Source: Mobula hypostoma (taxonomy: Eukaryota). From it: a stretch of DNA of 64,000 nt. The position numbers and the translations under genes were made by a program. This document shows, in pieces, positions 27,003 to 39,050 of the stretch (position 1 is its first letter; the number at the start of each line of letters is the position of its first letter). Under the pieces are notes generated by a model. That model made no database searches. It was not told where the DNA came from and worked only from the letters and a program-made list of their open reading frames with translations. The stretch is taken from the NCBI RefSeq assembly GCF_963921235.1, contig NC_086097.1, positions 73,100,001-73,164,000 on the forward strand. Reading direction: 5' to 3'.

Positions 27003-27156
27003 ATGAGTGCCAAATCTGCTATCAACAAGGAGATTTTTGCTCCACATGATGAGAGAATGCTTGCAGCCGTCCAGGTCAAACGAAGAACCAAAAAAAAGAT
27101 TCCATTTCTTGCAACAGGAGGTCAGGGGGAATATTTGACCTACATCTGCCTGTCAG
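27003..27156 (+). CDS. STXBP6: First coding exon of syntaxin-binding protein 6 (amisyn); 154 coding nt, phase-1 donor
   Basis: Translates MSAKSAINKEIFAPHDERMLAAVQVKRRTKKKIPFLATGGQGEYLTYICLS, nearly identical to the vertebrate amisyn N-terminus as I recall it. Donor TCAG|GTAAAG at 27156/27157. Polypyrimidine acceptor TTTTATCTTTTAG| ends at 26964. Confidence 0.95.
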
Positions 27157-27894
27157 GTAAAGTTAATGTGACAGTTGTTTTGCTTCCTTCATTGACATCT
27201 TTCTGATTACTTAATTAAATGTCAGCAGCTAATGAAGAGATGAAGTGGTGTACATTCAAATAAAATTAGACGGGCAAAACTCATTCATTTATCTTCAACT
27301 TGGGACAAAGCAAAAGGGGTTAAACTAGTGTTATGTTGTGCAGTCAGTCTGAAAAACTTTTAAGACTTGTAAGAATATTCATGAAAAGAACGGGTATGCA
27401 TTTTTAGAATGGAGGTTGTGCAATTACAAAAATGCTTCACGGGCGTTGTCTGTACTCCGAACTGCTTTGGATTGATTTGTCTGTTCTTACACACTGTCTT
27501 GTGATCAGTTTGAGACCAAGGAAAATCTAGGTTAATAATGAATATGGTTCATTGTGTAGGAAAATAACTAAAGGGCAGGAGAGAATATGTATTAGTGCTG
27601 TGGTGTGAAGTTAGCAATTTGAGATTGCAATCTCACATTGTTATGGAAAACAAAGATAGATAAATGTAATCACTTCTAGGCTGTGGCAAAGAAATTTCAT
27701 TACCAATATTTGTCTATTACTTATAATGAAAAATGGTTATAATGTCCTTTGTGTAAGAGAGCCTGTGATCTTACCAACTGTTTGGTACAGCTTCATCTAA
27801 TCTTGGGTATCACTTAGTCCCAAACTGAGTTGGTTCTTAGTAGCCATAGACAATTAATACTACGTTATTTACACTCAAATATATAAACTACTGT

Positions 27895-28500
27895 ACAACA
27901 GGGATGTGATGCTGAGGCTTTATAAGGCACTGGTGAGGCCTCACCTTGATTATTGTGTACAGTTTTGGGATCCTCATATTAGAAGAGATGTGCTGGCATT
28001 GGAAAGGGTCCCGAGGAGGTTCACAAGATGATTCCAGGAATTAAAGGATTATCATACGAGGAATGTTTGATGGCTCTGGGACTGTACTGGCTGGAATTGA
28101 GGAGGATGGGGGGTATCTCATTGAAACCTTTCGAATGTTGAAAGGACTAGACAGAGTAGATGTGGAAAGGATGTTTCCCATGGTGGGAGAGTCTGGAACA
28201 AGAGGGCACAGCCTCAGGATAGAGGGGTGTCCATTCAAAACAGAGATGCGGAGAAATTTCTTTAGCCAGAGGGTGATGAATTTCTGGAATTTGTTGCCAC
28301 ATGCAGCTGTGGAGGCCAGGTCATTGGATGTATTTAAGGCAGAGATTGATAGGTTCTTGATTGGACAAGACATCAAAGGTTACAGGGAGAAGGCCGGAAA
28401 ATGCGGTTGAGGAGGAGGAAAAAAGGATCAGCATGATTGAATGGCGGAACAGACTTGATGGGCCAAATGGCCTAATTCTGCTCCTATGTCTTATGGTCTA
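27895..28500 (+). mobile_element. CR1 LINE 3' end
   Basis: LIETFRMLKGLDRVDVERMFP..TRGHSLRI..NFFSQRV; 3'UTR ending ctcctatgtcttatggtct. Confidence 0.9.
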
Positions 28501-29233
28501 ACAACCGTTCACTCAATGTCAGCAAGACTAAGGAGCTGGTTATTGACTTCAGGGGGTGGAAACTGGAGGTCCATGAGCCAGTCCTCATCAGAGAAGTCAG
28601 AGGCGGAGAAGGTCAGCAACTTTAAATTTCTCAGTGTTATTATTTCAGAAGACCTGTCCTGGGCACAGCACATATGTAGTTACAAAGAAAGCACAGCATC
28701 ACCTCTACTTCCTTAGAAGCTTGTGAAGATTCAGTATCTCATCTAAAACTTTGAACTTCTACAGATGTGTGGTGGAGGGTATATGGCTGGTCACATCATG
28801 GCCTGACATAGAAACACCAGTGCCCTTGAATGGAAAATCCAGCATCCATCATCAAGGACCCCCACCACCCACACCATGCACTCTTATCATTGCTACCATC
28901 AGGAAGAAGGTACAGGAGTATCGGGACCCACACCATCAAGTTCAGGAACAGTTAATACCCCTCAACCATCAGGGTCTTGAACCAGAGGGGATAACTTCCC
29001 TCGATTTCACTCACCCCATTACTGAACTATTCCCACAACCTACAGACTCACTTCCAAGGATTCTTCTTCTTGTATTCATGATATTTATTGCTTTTTTTTT
29101 CTCTTGTGTTTGCACAGTTTGCTGTCTTTTACATATTGTTTGTCTGTCCTGTTGGGTACGGGCCTTTCATTGATTCTATTGTGTTTTGTGGGTTTTCTAT
29201 GTATGCCTTTAAGAAAATGTATCTCAGGATCAT
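28501..29233 (+). mobile_element. Rex1/Babar-like 3' fragment; tail resumes at about 30551-30583 after a Tc1 insertion
   Basis: SNFKFLSVIISEDLSW and NFYRCVVE motifs; tail ataaatttactctgaactt. Confidence 0.8.
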
Positions 29234-30550
29234 ATACAGTAACTTGAAAAAGTATTCAGCTCTCAACCCTTTGTTCACACAAATGAGCATTATAACCATG
29301 GACTTCGATCAATTTACCAGACTTTTTATTTGTGAATCACGTACTCCTTTTTCAAAGTAGAGTCCAAAAAACAGGGTACAGTGAAAAGCATGGAAAAACT
29401 AAAAATTTGAAAACTGAAATGTCAGTAGTTCAAAAGTATTCATCCCCTTTTTATTAGTACTTAGTTGAACCATCTCTTGCAGCTATTCCAACCTGTAGTC
29501 CTCTTGGATAATGCTCTATTAGCTTTACACAGTGTGACAAAGCAAGATATGCCCATTCCTCTTGCAAGATTGCTCAAGCTGTGCCAGGTTAGCTGGGCAG
29601 CTGTTGTGGCAGCAATCTTAATGTCTTGCCAGAGATGTTTGGGTTAAGGTCAACTCTAACTGGGCCATTCAACAACATTAATTTTCTTCACTCGAAGCCA
29701 CTCCATGCTTGCAGTGGCAATGTGCTTTGCGTCATTGTTCTGCTGAAAAACTAACTTCCTCCCCAGTTTTAGCTTTCTGGCAGAGGCTAGCAGGCTTTTT
29801 ATCCAGGGTATCTCTGTATTTAGCAGCATTCATCTTCCCATCAACCCTGACCAGATTTCCAGTCCCTGATGCTAAAAAGCATCCCCATAGCATAATGCTA
29901 CCCCCACCATACTTTACAGTAGGGTTGACGTTACCTGCCTGGTGTGCAGTATTACTTTTATGCCACACATACTGTTTGGTGTTGAGGCCAAAAAGTTTCA
30001 TAGTAGTCTCAACCACAAAACAACCTTCCAAAACTTTACAATACCTTCCAAGAGAAGCTTTTCAATGTCTTTACGGAAAGGGCATGTTTTTTTTTTTAGC
30101 CAGGACTGCTTCCTTGCCACTCTTCCGCAAATGCCCATTTTTGCCAAGGCCTTAGAGACTGTAGAGCCATGAACTTCATCTCCAGTTGCAGCCACTAATT
30201 TCTGCAGCTCATTCAGATTGACGGTTGGTATCACAGTAGCCTCTCTTACAAGTGCCATTCTTCTCTGGCAACTGAGTTTAGAAAGGTAGCCTGACCTAGC
30301 CAGTGAGTCAGTGGTTTCATATTTTTGCCACTTTTTTATGATGGGATGCACTGAGCTCTGAGTTGTGTCAGTGCATTTGAGATGGTCTTATACTCTTCCC
30401 CAGATTTGTGTTTCTCTATTATCATTTCCATGACTTGTCATGAATGCTCTTTTTATCCTCATTTTGGTTTGGTCTGTTAAAATTCTACCATACTGTTGGA
30501 CCTTAGAGAGGGGATATTTATTCTTATGAATGTATTGAAAACACACACTG
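29234..30550 (-). mobile_element. Tc1-family DNA transposon, decayed
   Basis: [33 protein letters not shown] and HTH region; left end TA-CAGT with repeated AAAAGTATTCA motif (IR/DR-like); right TIR largely missing. Confidence 0.9.
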
Positions 30551-30584
30551 GATGTACCTTGGTAATAAATTTACTCTGAACTTT

Positions 30585-31380
30585 TATTCTGTTTAATTGA
30601 GCCAACGGTTAACAGGGACAGCCACTTATTTGGGACAACTCTTAAAGAACAAAAATTGAATTGAGAAAATAGTTAGAATTCCCTTAGTTTATTTGGGACA
30701 CTATGCCAATTAATTGGGACAGGAGACTGTTGCCAAAGTTTCTAACTAGTGCCAATCACGTTTACTTGCATGGCCATGAGATGCTACACCGTGCTTAAAG
30801 CAAACAGTTATTAAATAGTGTCAGTTTTGTGTGTTTGTGTGTGATTTTTGTCTGTGATTGTTGGTGAGAAATAAACATAGAGAATTGGGATCTGTTTTGC
30901 TCACTGCGGTTTCAAGTATTCAAGCATGGAGATTGCAGAAACAGCCGAGAGTGAAAATGAAATGATTTCACTACTTCAAAAAGTTAGGAGCTGTAAAGAA
31001 TTAAAGTATCGACAATCATCTTCAGTATGAAGATTTGGAGGATGCAGTTGTCAGAAGCATTGTATGAAGGCAGTCCATTATCTGAACTAGGTACCTGTGC
31101 CGATTTTGTTCAGTTACAGTCAATCAAAAGAAAACCAGACGAATTTCTCCGTCAATAACAATTGTGAACTAATACAGTTTATAGTACTGTGGACATATTG
31201 GTAGTGTTCTAATTTGTTCTGTATTTCATTTAAATATATAATTTGTTATTCAGTTCAACTATAGTTTGTCTTTTTTAATATTCTTTTAATCAGTTCCATG
31301 AAATTAAGGCTAATTTGGGCAGCTGCTTAATTGGGCCAAAGTGTACTGGTCCCAATGTACCTAATTAATCGGAATCCAAT
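30585..31380. mobile_element. Tigger/pogo-like non-autonomous DNA element
   Basis: Degenerate inverted ends (attctgtttaattgag / cctaattaatcggaat) and repeated ttaattggg motifs. Confidence 0.55.
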
Positions 31381-32064
31381 TTTTAAGTTGGTCATTTAAA
31401 TTCTTTCTTTTGTTATTTTTAGATCCATTGACCATTTTTCTCAATAACCTTTATCCTCTGTATGGTAATACTGTATACGAAAGCCACATAATTTAAACAG
31501 GTATTTAATTCCAATCAGTAGTTAGCCGGCAAACTTTACTCTTTACATTTCAAGTGTCAAAGATGTGTGCTTTGTCACTTGTTAATAATTTTTTGATTCT
31601 GCTATCTTTATTATGGTTTTTCTATCACTTCATATGGGGTCTTCTGAAAAAAGGTTGAAGACTCAAGAATTATGGCTGTAAATGAAGCTTCATGTTTGCA
31701 AATTGAAGTAGAGCCTGATCTTGCAAAAAATTGATTTTGCTTCTTTCTTCAAACTGGCAAAGCTCTTGGATTTTATATTTTCAGTAGCAAAATTAGATTG
31801 TCAGAAACTGATATAGCAATATTTCATAAATACCAATCAAATTATATTATTAGATAAGATTGAAGAAGCATTACTGTAACTTTTTAGTAGTTAGGGATTA
31901 TGCAATAAGCAATCTACTCTGACAGTGCAGTAAATGAGTGTGAACCTCTTTTAATGCATTCACCTGAATTCTGTATGGAAATGTCCAAGCTATTTGTGTT
32001 TATCATTAGAGCTTGCATAATGATTTTAAAAATTATTTTTAATCTGTTTGAATTATCATAGAAT

Positions 32065-32340
32065 TTTAGTCCTGGTTTAAAGTCAGGTTTATTATCACTG
32101 ACTTGTATAACATGAAATCTGTTGTTTTTTCCAGCAGCAGTACAGTACAAAGGAATAAAGTGTTACTATAAATTGCAAAACAGTGCAAAAAAGGAAGAAT
32201 GAGAAGGTGTTCATAGACCATTCAGAAACCTGATAGCAAAGGGGAAGAAGTTCTTATAAAATCTTGAATGTTAACCTCCAGGCTCCTGTACCACCACCCT
32301 GACAGTAGTAGAGCGAAGAGGGTGTGTCCTGGATAGTGAT
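32065..32340 (-). mobile_element. Rex1/Babar-like 3' fragment; continues at about 33148-33200
   Basis: Colinear with the copy at 13961-14400. Confidence 0.7.
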
Positions 32341-33017
32341 TTTTTTAGATTAGATTATGAGAACACTCAGTCCTCTTTTATTGTCATTTAGAAATGCATA
32401 CATGCATTAAAAAATGATACAATGTTTCTCCGGAGGAATATCACAGAAAACAAGACAGACCCAAAGACTAACACTGACAGAACCACATAATTATAACATA
32501 TAGTTATGGCAGTGCAAAGCAATACCATAATTTGATAAAGAACAGACCATAGGCACAGTAAAAAGAAGTCTCAAAGTCCCGAATCAATTGACTCCCGAGT
32601 CCCCGATAGCAGGCGGCAAAAGGGAGAAACTCCCTGCCATAAACCTCCAGGCACCGTCAACTGGCCGTCCCTTGGAAGCAGCTGACCCCAGCCGACCCTG
32701 AGTCCATCCGTCCGAAAACTCTGAGCTTCCGAGCAGCCTCTCCGATACAGCCTCCCCGAGTGCTATCCTTGCCGAGCGCCTTCGACCTCTCCCCGGCCAC
32801 TGAAACATACAAAGCCGAGCATTTTGGGGCCTTCAGCTCCGGAGATTCCGGTTACCACATAGTAGCAGTGGTAGCAAAGCAGGCATTTCAGAAGTTTTCC
32901 AGGTGTTCTGCTGTGCTCTCACGTCTGACTCCAACAAATCAGGATTATGCATGGTCCCCTACTTGACAAATAACAGATATTCATCACTGAAGTGGCCGCG
33001 TGTGCTACCGCCATCTC
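32341..33017 (-). mobile_element. Non-coding CpG-rich retroposon-like insertion with (AATCT)n tail
   Basis: Minus-strand 5' GAGATGGCGG at 33008-33017; tail TCTCATAATCTAATCTAA; CpG-rich body; no credible ORF. Confidence 0.65.
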
Positions 33018-33073
33018 CCCCCGCCCCCCCCCCTTACAGATTCAAAGATCATGATCTATCTAGGGAATATGTG

Positions 33074-33853
33074 GTTGGGGTTATTACTTTTTCTAAAAAA
33101 GTATATTAATCTGGCCAAGATGTTTATGTAAATTTGTTTGTGATTTATGCTGCCTTCGATAGTGGGGAGGGTTGTGCCTAGGATGGAGCTGGCTGAATCT
33201 ATGTATTTGCTTGTACAGTTCCCCATTGACTTGCACCTGTTTAAGTTCTCCATTGCAATCATCTCACTCCTTTGCTCAATTGTCATCTAACTCAGTGTTC
33301 CGTTTTTGCTGTTGCCTATATATTTTGAAAAAGTGTGCTAAACACTTTAATGTCTCAATATCAGTGATAACGTTGGTCTAAGTACTCTCTTAAGCACCTC
33401 GCCCTTTTAATCTTTCCAGTCATTCATGGGTTGGGAATTTTTTTTCTTGTTAAATAGTGCAGTTGTGTTAGAGCTCTACTGAAGTGTTAACTTCTGCACT
33501 TCCTTCAGCTATCTGGGCTGTACTCTGTGAAATTCCTTTGAACTCTTCACTGTATGAAACTCCTTTTATTTAAGATGCTCAGTAAAGTGCATATCTTGGA
33601 GAAACCTCTTCATTTATCTGTCCTAATGTCTCAGGCTCAATGTCCAGTTGTTTTTTGGAAGCATCCAATGAAGTTCCTCCCAACAAATATGAACATTTTA
33701 TTTAGTCAAACATACTGTATACGTACAAGTTATTGAGAAATATTTCATAGTTGCACTGAGAGGATGAGATTCAGTTTTACAGTTGGAGTTATTACTTTTT
33801 CTAAAAAGTATATTAATCTGCCAAGATGTTTATGTAAATTTGTTTGTGATTTA
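33074..33853 (+). repeat. Direct duplication: 33074-33147 and 33782-33853
   Basis: GTTGG(G/A)GTTATTACTTTTTCTAAAAA(A)GTATATTAATCTG(G)CCAAGATGTTTATGTAAATTTGTTTGTGATTTA present twice, with three differences. Confidence 0.95.
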
Positions 33854-34061
33854 ACTATAAGGATTGTAAAGGGAAAATCTCTTGCCACCCCTTCATTTTG
33901 TTTATGTACTTAGTCCTGCCTTTGAGGTTAATTAATCAAAATTCCTAATTACAATTATGTAATGAAATTAACTGCATAATAGCCCATTCTCTTTAATGTT
34001 GGACCGTTGCTAAATTTAGAAAGCAGCACTCAGAGAATAACGAGGAGCAAAGATCTTTTTT

Positions 34062-34510
34062 GTGAATCAGAATCAGATTTATTGTGACACGTTGTGAAAT
34101 ATGTTGTTTTGTGGTAGTAGTGCAAAATATAAAAAATTAAGTTACAAAATTAAAATATACTAAATAATTAGTGCAAAAGGCATGCCGTCTTTGTGGTTGC
34201 ATCAAGGTGTTGGGACTAGGATGCCCAGGAACTTAAAGCTGCTCATTCTTTGCATTACTGACCCCTCAATGAGGTCTGATGAATGATCTCCTGATTTCCA
34301 ATTCCTGAAGTCCAGAATCAATTCCTTAGTCTTGTTGAGTGTGCTGTTCTCATGACACCCCTCAACCAGCAAATCTATCTCTCTGCTGAAAGCCTTGTCG
34401 TCATCTGGGATTCTGCCTGCAACAGGTGTCATTGGCAAATTTATAGATGGCATTTGAGCTATGCCTAGTCACACAATCATGAATAGAGAGAGTAGAGTAC
34501 AAGGCCTAAG
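34062..34510 (-). mobile_element. Rex1/Babar-like fragment with (GAATCA)n tail
   Basis: LNKTKELILDFR..SSFKFLG (ORF 34202-34453). Confidence 0.75.
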
Positions 34511-35369
34511 TTACTAAATTGTACTTTTATAATAGTTAGGATATGTCTTGACTTTTAGTGTGAGAGTGAGAAGCATTTTTAATAGAAATATACCCTCTTA
34601 TTCTTGTACAAATAAACCATTACCTAAATGATTAATTCTGCTCCCTCAAATGTACATAATTGCTTTCAGATGTCAGCTTGATTCCTGGTGTAAACTTATC
34701 TAGCCATGTTTGAAGATTTGTGCACATTTGTCTGACCTAATTCTTACTATATTCCCAATAAGTTAATGCTATTTTATTTTTGTTGTTCTGCCCTCTTTCA
34801 CCAAAATATGACTTCACTTCTCTACAATCAATTCCTTAGTCACATACCCTCTATCTTACTAGTTTGTTCCTGTCCTGATATTTTACTTTTTTTTCTTTTG
34901 TGCATTGCTTTTCCCAGTTTTTTATAATCTGGATCCTTTGAGAGTTTAACCATCTGCAAGATATGAACTTGCATCAGAAGGGAATGATCCTAATATTGAC
35001 TGTGGCCAGTACCAGATACTTGAATAGTAATAATATGCTTCTATTCAATGATTTAAACAACTTTGTATTGATTCTGTCACTGACCCTTTTAGCCTTGGAC
35101 TGTAATTTTGCTGGCAAGTTTAAAGTGTAAGTTATGAAACTTCAAATTTGCCCTAACCTCAGAAATTTTGTCCACAGTCCTTGAAAAGAATGTGACCAAG
35201 TTAATCGAATGTGATTTACTTTTGTCCAAATTGAATGCCAGTTAATTTTGTTCTGTATTTTTGTCTGTTTCCTTAGCCCTGGTAGTTTAATTAGTTTGCA
35301 GTTCCTAGATTTACCTTTTCAAATGGAGTATGACATTTGGAGTCAGTGAATTTTCACGTAACAATTTAA

Positions 35370-38300
35370 TCCATAAGTCATAATACATAGGAGCAGAATT
35401 AGGCCACTTGACAAATGAGTCTGCTGTGTCATTCTATCGTGGTTGATTTATTATCCCTCTGAATCCCATCCTTCTGCCTTCTCATAATTTTTGACACCCT
35501 GACTAACTTCCACTTTAAATGTTTTCAATGACTTGGCCTCCACAGCCATCCATAGCAATAAATTCTACAGATTCACCACCCTCCAGTTAAAGAGATTCCT
35601 CCTCATCTATTCTAAATAGATGTCCCTCTATTCTGAGGCTGTGTTCTTGGTCCTACACAACCACTATAGAAAACTTCCTCCAACTCCACCCTATCTAGGC
35701 CTTTCAATATTCAATAAGCTTCAGTGAGATCCCCGCTCATTCTTCTAAACACCAGCAAGTACAGGTTCAGAACTTTCAAATTCTCCTCGTCTGTTAAGCC
35801 TTTTATTCCAGTGATCCTTCTCAGGATCCTCTCCAAGGCCAGTACACCTTTTAGGTAAGGGGCCCAGAACTACTCACAATATTCCAAGCGTGATTTGAGC
35901 AATGCCTTATAAAGTCTCCACATCACATTCTTGCTCTTTTTTTCTCCTGCTCTTCCAATGTATACCAACATTTCATTTGCCTTCCTTGCCACCAAATCAA
36001 CCTGCAAATTAACTTTTAGGAAATCCTGCACAAGGACTCCCAAGTCCCTTTGCACCTCTGATTTTTGAATTTTCTCCCCATTTTTTAAGTAACTTGTCTA
36101 TGTATGCCTTTATTTCTTCTACCAAAGTGCATGACCATACACTTCCCTGCACTATATTCCATCTACCGCTTCATTGCCGGCTCTTTCAATCTGTCTAAAT
36201 CCTTCTACAGACTACCTGCTTCCTCAACACTACCTGCCCTCCACCTATCTTTGAATTGTCTGCAAATTTGGCTACTAAGCCATCAATTCTGTCATCCAAA
36301 TCATTGACATATAATGTGAAAAGAAACGGTCCCAATACCAACCCCTATGGATTACAACTTGTCATCAGAGGCCAACAAGAATAGGCCCTCCTTATTCTCA
36401 CTCTGCCTCCTTCCAGTCAGCCAATCTTTTATCCATGCTATCTATTGTTCCAGTAATACCATGGGCTCTTATCTTGTTAAGCAGTCTTTTGTGCGGCACT
36501 ATGTCAAAGGCCTTCTGAAAATCTAAGTAAACAACATCCACTGAGTGTTTTTTGTCTATCCTGTCTGTTGTTTCCTCAAATTTCATCCTTAATAATGGAC
36601 TCCAACATCTTCCCAACCACTGAAGTCAGACTAATTGGCATATAATTTTTTTTCTTTTGTCTCCCTTCCTTTCATAAAGAGTGGAGTGACATTTGTAATT
36701 GTCCAGTCCTCCAGAATCATTTCAGAATCTAGTGATTCATGTTAATTACAAATGCCTGCACAATCTCTTCAGCTGTTTTTTTGAGAACCCTGAGGTATAG
36801 TCCATTTGGTGCAGATAACTTGTCTACCTTCAGACCCAAGCACCTTTTCCTAATTAATAGCAACTACACTTACCTCTACCCCCTGACACTCTTGAATTTC
36901 TGCCACTCTGCTAGTGTCTTCCACAGTAAGGACTAACAATATTTATTGTCCTACCCCCACCCACCCCCACTACTACTACTTTCAGTGGTCCAATATCTAC
37001 TCTGTTAAACATAGAACAGTACAGCACAGTACAGGCCCTTCAGCCTACATTGTTGTGCCAACCCTCAAACCCTGCCTCCCATATAACCCCCGCCCCTTAA
37101 ATTCCTCCATATACCTGTCTAGTAGTCTCTTAAATTTCACTAGTGTATCTGCCTCCACTACTGACTCAGGCAGTGTATTCCACACACCAACTACTCTGTG
37201 AGTAAAAAAACCTTCCTCTACTATCCCCCTTGAACTTCCCCTTGTATTGAGCATTGGTGCCCTGGGGAAGAGGTGCTGGCTATCCACTCTATCTATTCCT
37301 CTTAATATCTTGTATATCTCTATCATGTCTCCTCTCATCAACCTCCTCTCCAAAGAGTATAGCCCTAGCTCCCTTAACCTCTGATCATAATCCATACACT
37401 CTAAACCAGGCAGCAACCCGGTTAATCTTCTCTGTACCCTTTCCAATGCTTCAACATCCTTCCTATAGTGAGGTGACCAGAACTGGACACTACTCCAAGT
37501 GTGGCCTAACCAGAGTTTTATAGAGCTGCATCATTACCTTGCCACTCTTAAACTCCATCCCTCGACTTATGAAAGCTAACACCCCATAAGCTTTCTTAAC
37601 TACCCTATCTACCTGTGAGGCAACTTTCAGGGATCTATGAACATGTACCCCCAGATCTCTCTGCTCCTCCACACTACCAAGTATCCTGTCATTTACTTTG
37701 TACTCTCTCCTCTCTTTTACTCATTATATATTTGAAAAGATTACCTTCATATTTCATAGTTTCTCTCCTTACTGTTTTTTTTCAACTGCTTTCTGCTGGT
37801 TTTAAAAAGTTTTCCATTCTTCTACCTTCCCATTAATTTCTGCTCTCTTCTATGGCTTCTTTTGCTTTTGCACTGTCTTTGACTTCCTTTGACAGCCATA
37901 GTTGTCTCATCCTCCCTTTGGAATACTTCATCTTTGGGATGTATCTATGCTGCACCTTCTGAATTGCTCCCAGATACTCCAGCCTTTGATGATTTGCCAT
38001 CACACCTGCTACTGTCCACTTTCAATCAACTTTGGCCTGCTCCACTCCGCTCTCATGCCTCTCAGTCCATTACTCACACTGTAATACTGATACATCTGAC
38101 TTCATCTTCTCCCTCTCAAACTGCAGGGTTAATTTTATCATATTATGATCACTGCATCCGAAGTGTTTCTTTATCTTAAGCTCCCTAATCAAATCTGGCT
38201 CATTACACTACCCCTAATCCAGAATTGCCGTTCTCCTGGTGGGTTATCAAGCTGCTCCGAATAGCCATTTACTAGGCATTTTACAATTCCCTCTTGGAAT

Positions 38301-39050
38301 CCAGCACCAACTTGATTGTCCCAATCTACCTGATTCAAGTTAGATCCTTGTATGTTAAACTCTCAACAATGATCTTCTTTCAGCCATGACTCAGTGAAAC
38401 TCACAAAATCATACCTGTCAATCTCTAACTGCACTACCAGGTCATCTACCTTATTCTGTATACTGTGTGTATTCGAATATAACTCTTTCCACCCTGTATT
38501 CATCACCCTTTTCTATTTTGCCCCTATGTTATACTTATCCCACTGACTGCAGTTTTGTCCAGTATTCATCTTGTCCTTGCAGTCTCGCTACACAGTACAT
38601 CGACTTGTTTACCAACTGCCCCATCCTCAGTCTTATCACTCCAGTTACTATCTCCCTGCCAAATTAGTTTAAATCCTCCCCAACAGTTCTAGCAAACACA
38701 TCTGCGAGGATACTGGTCCCCCTCTGGTTCAAGTGTAACCTGTCCTTTTTTTATAGGTCATACCTTCCCCAGGGTAGATCCTAATACTGTAATCGAGAAA
38801 TCTGAAACCCTGCAGCCACTTCTGCAGCCATTCATTCATTTGTACTATCATCCTATTCCTGCTTGACTAGTACGTGGTATTGGCAGTAATCCAAAAATCA
38901 CTACCTTGGAGGTCCTGCTTATCAGCCTCTTCCCTGACTGCCTAAAGTCAGTGAGCAGGACCTCTTTCCCCCTTTCTGCCCATGTCATTGGTACCAATGC
39001 TCACCATAACCTCTGGCTGCTCACCCTCCCTATTGAGAATCTTCTGGATC
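35370..39050 (-). mobile_element. Long decayed CR1 LINE including part of ORF1 (SGNH-esterase-like); interrupted by another CR1 at about 37005-37700
   Basis: RT motif VDVVYLDFQKAFD; minus-strand EGEQPEVMVSIGTND near 38985-39030; CR1 3'UTR at 35370. Confidence 0.85.
37005..37700 (-). mobile_element. Nested CR1 3' end of a different subfamily
   Basis: ORFs 37045-37446 and 37490-37672 (EQRDLGV, YKTLVRPHLE); host sequence resumes at tactct on both sides. Confidence 0.85.

Noticed and set aside
26949..27206. 85-aa ORF as a complete single-exon protein
   Set aside because: Homology to amisyn starts at ATG 27003 and ends exactly at a GT donor; the flanks are intron or UTR read-through.
32580..33030. 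CpG-rich stretch as the STXBP6 CpG-island promoter
   Set aside because: Lies downstream of the first coding exon and inside an insertion with a retroposon-type tail.
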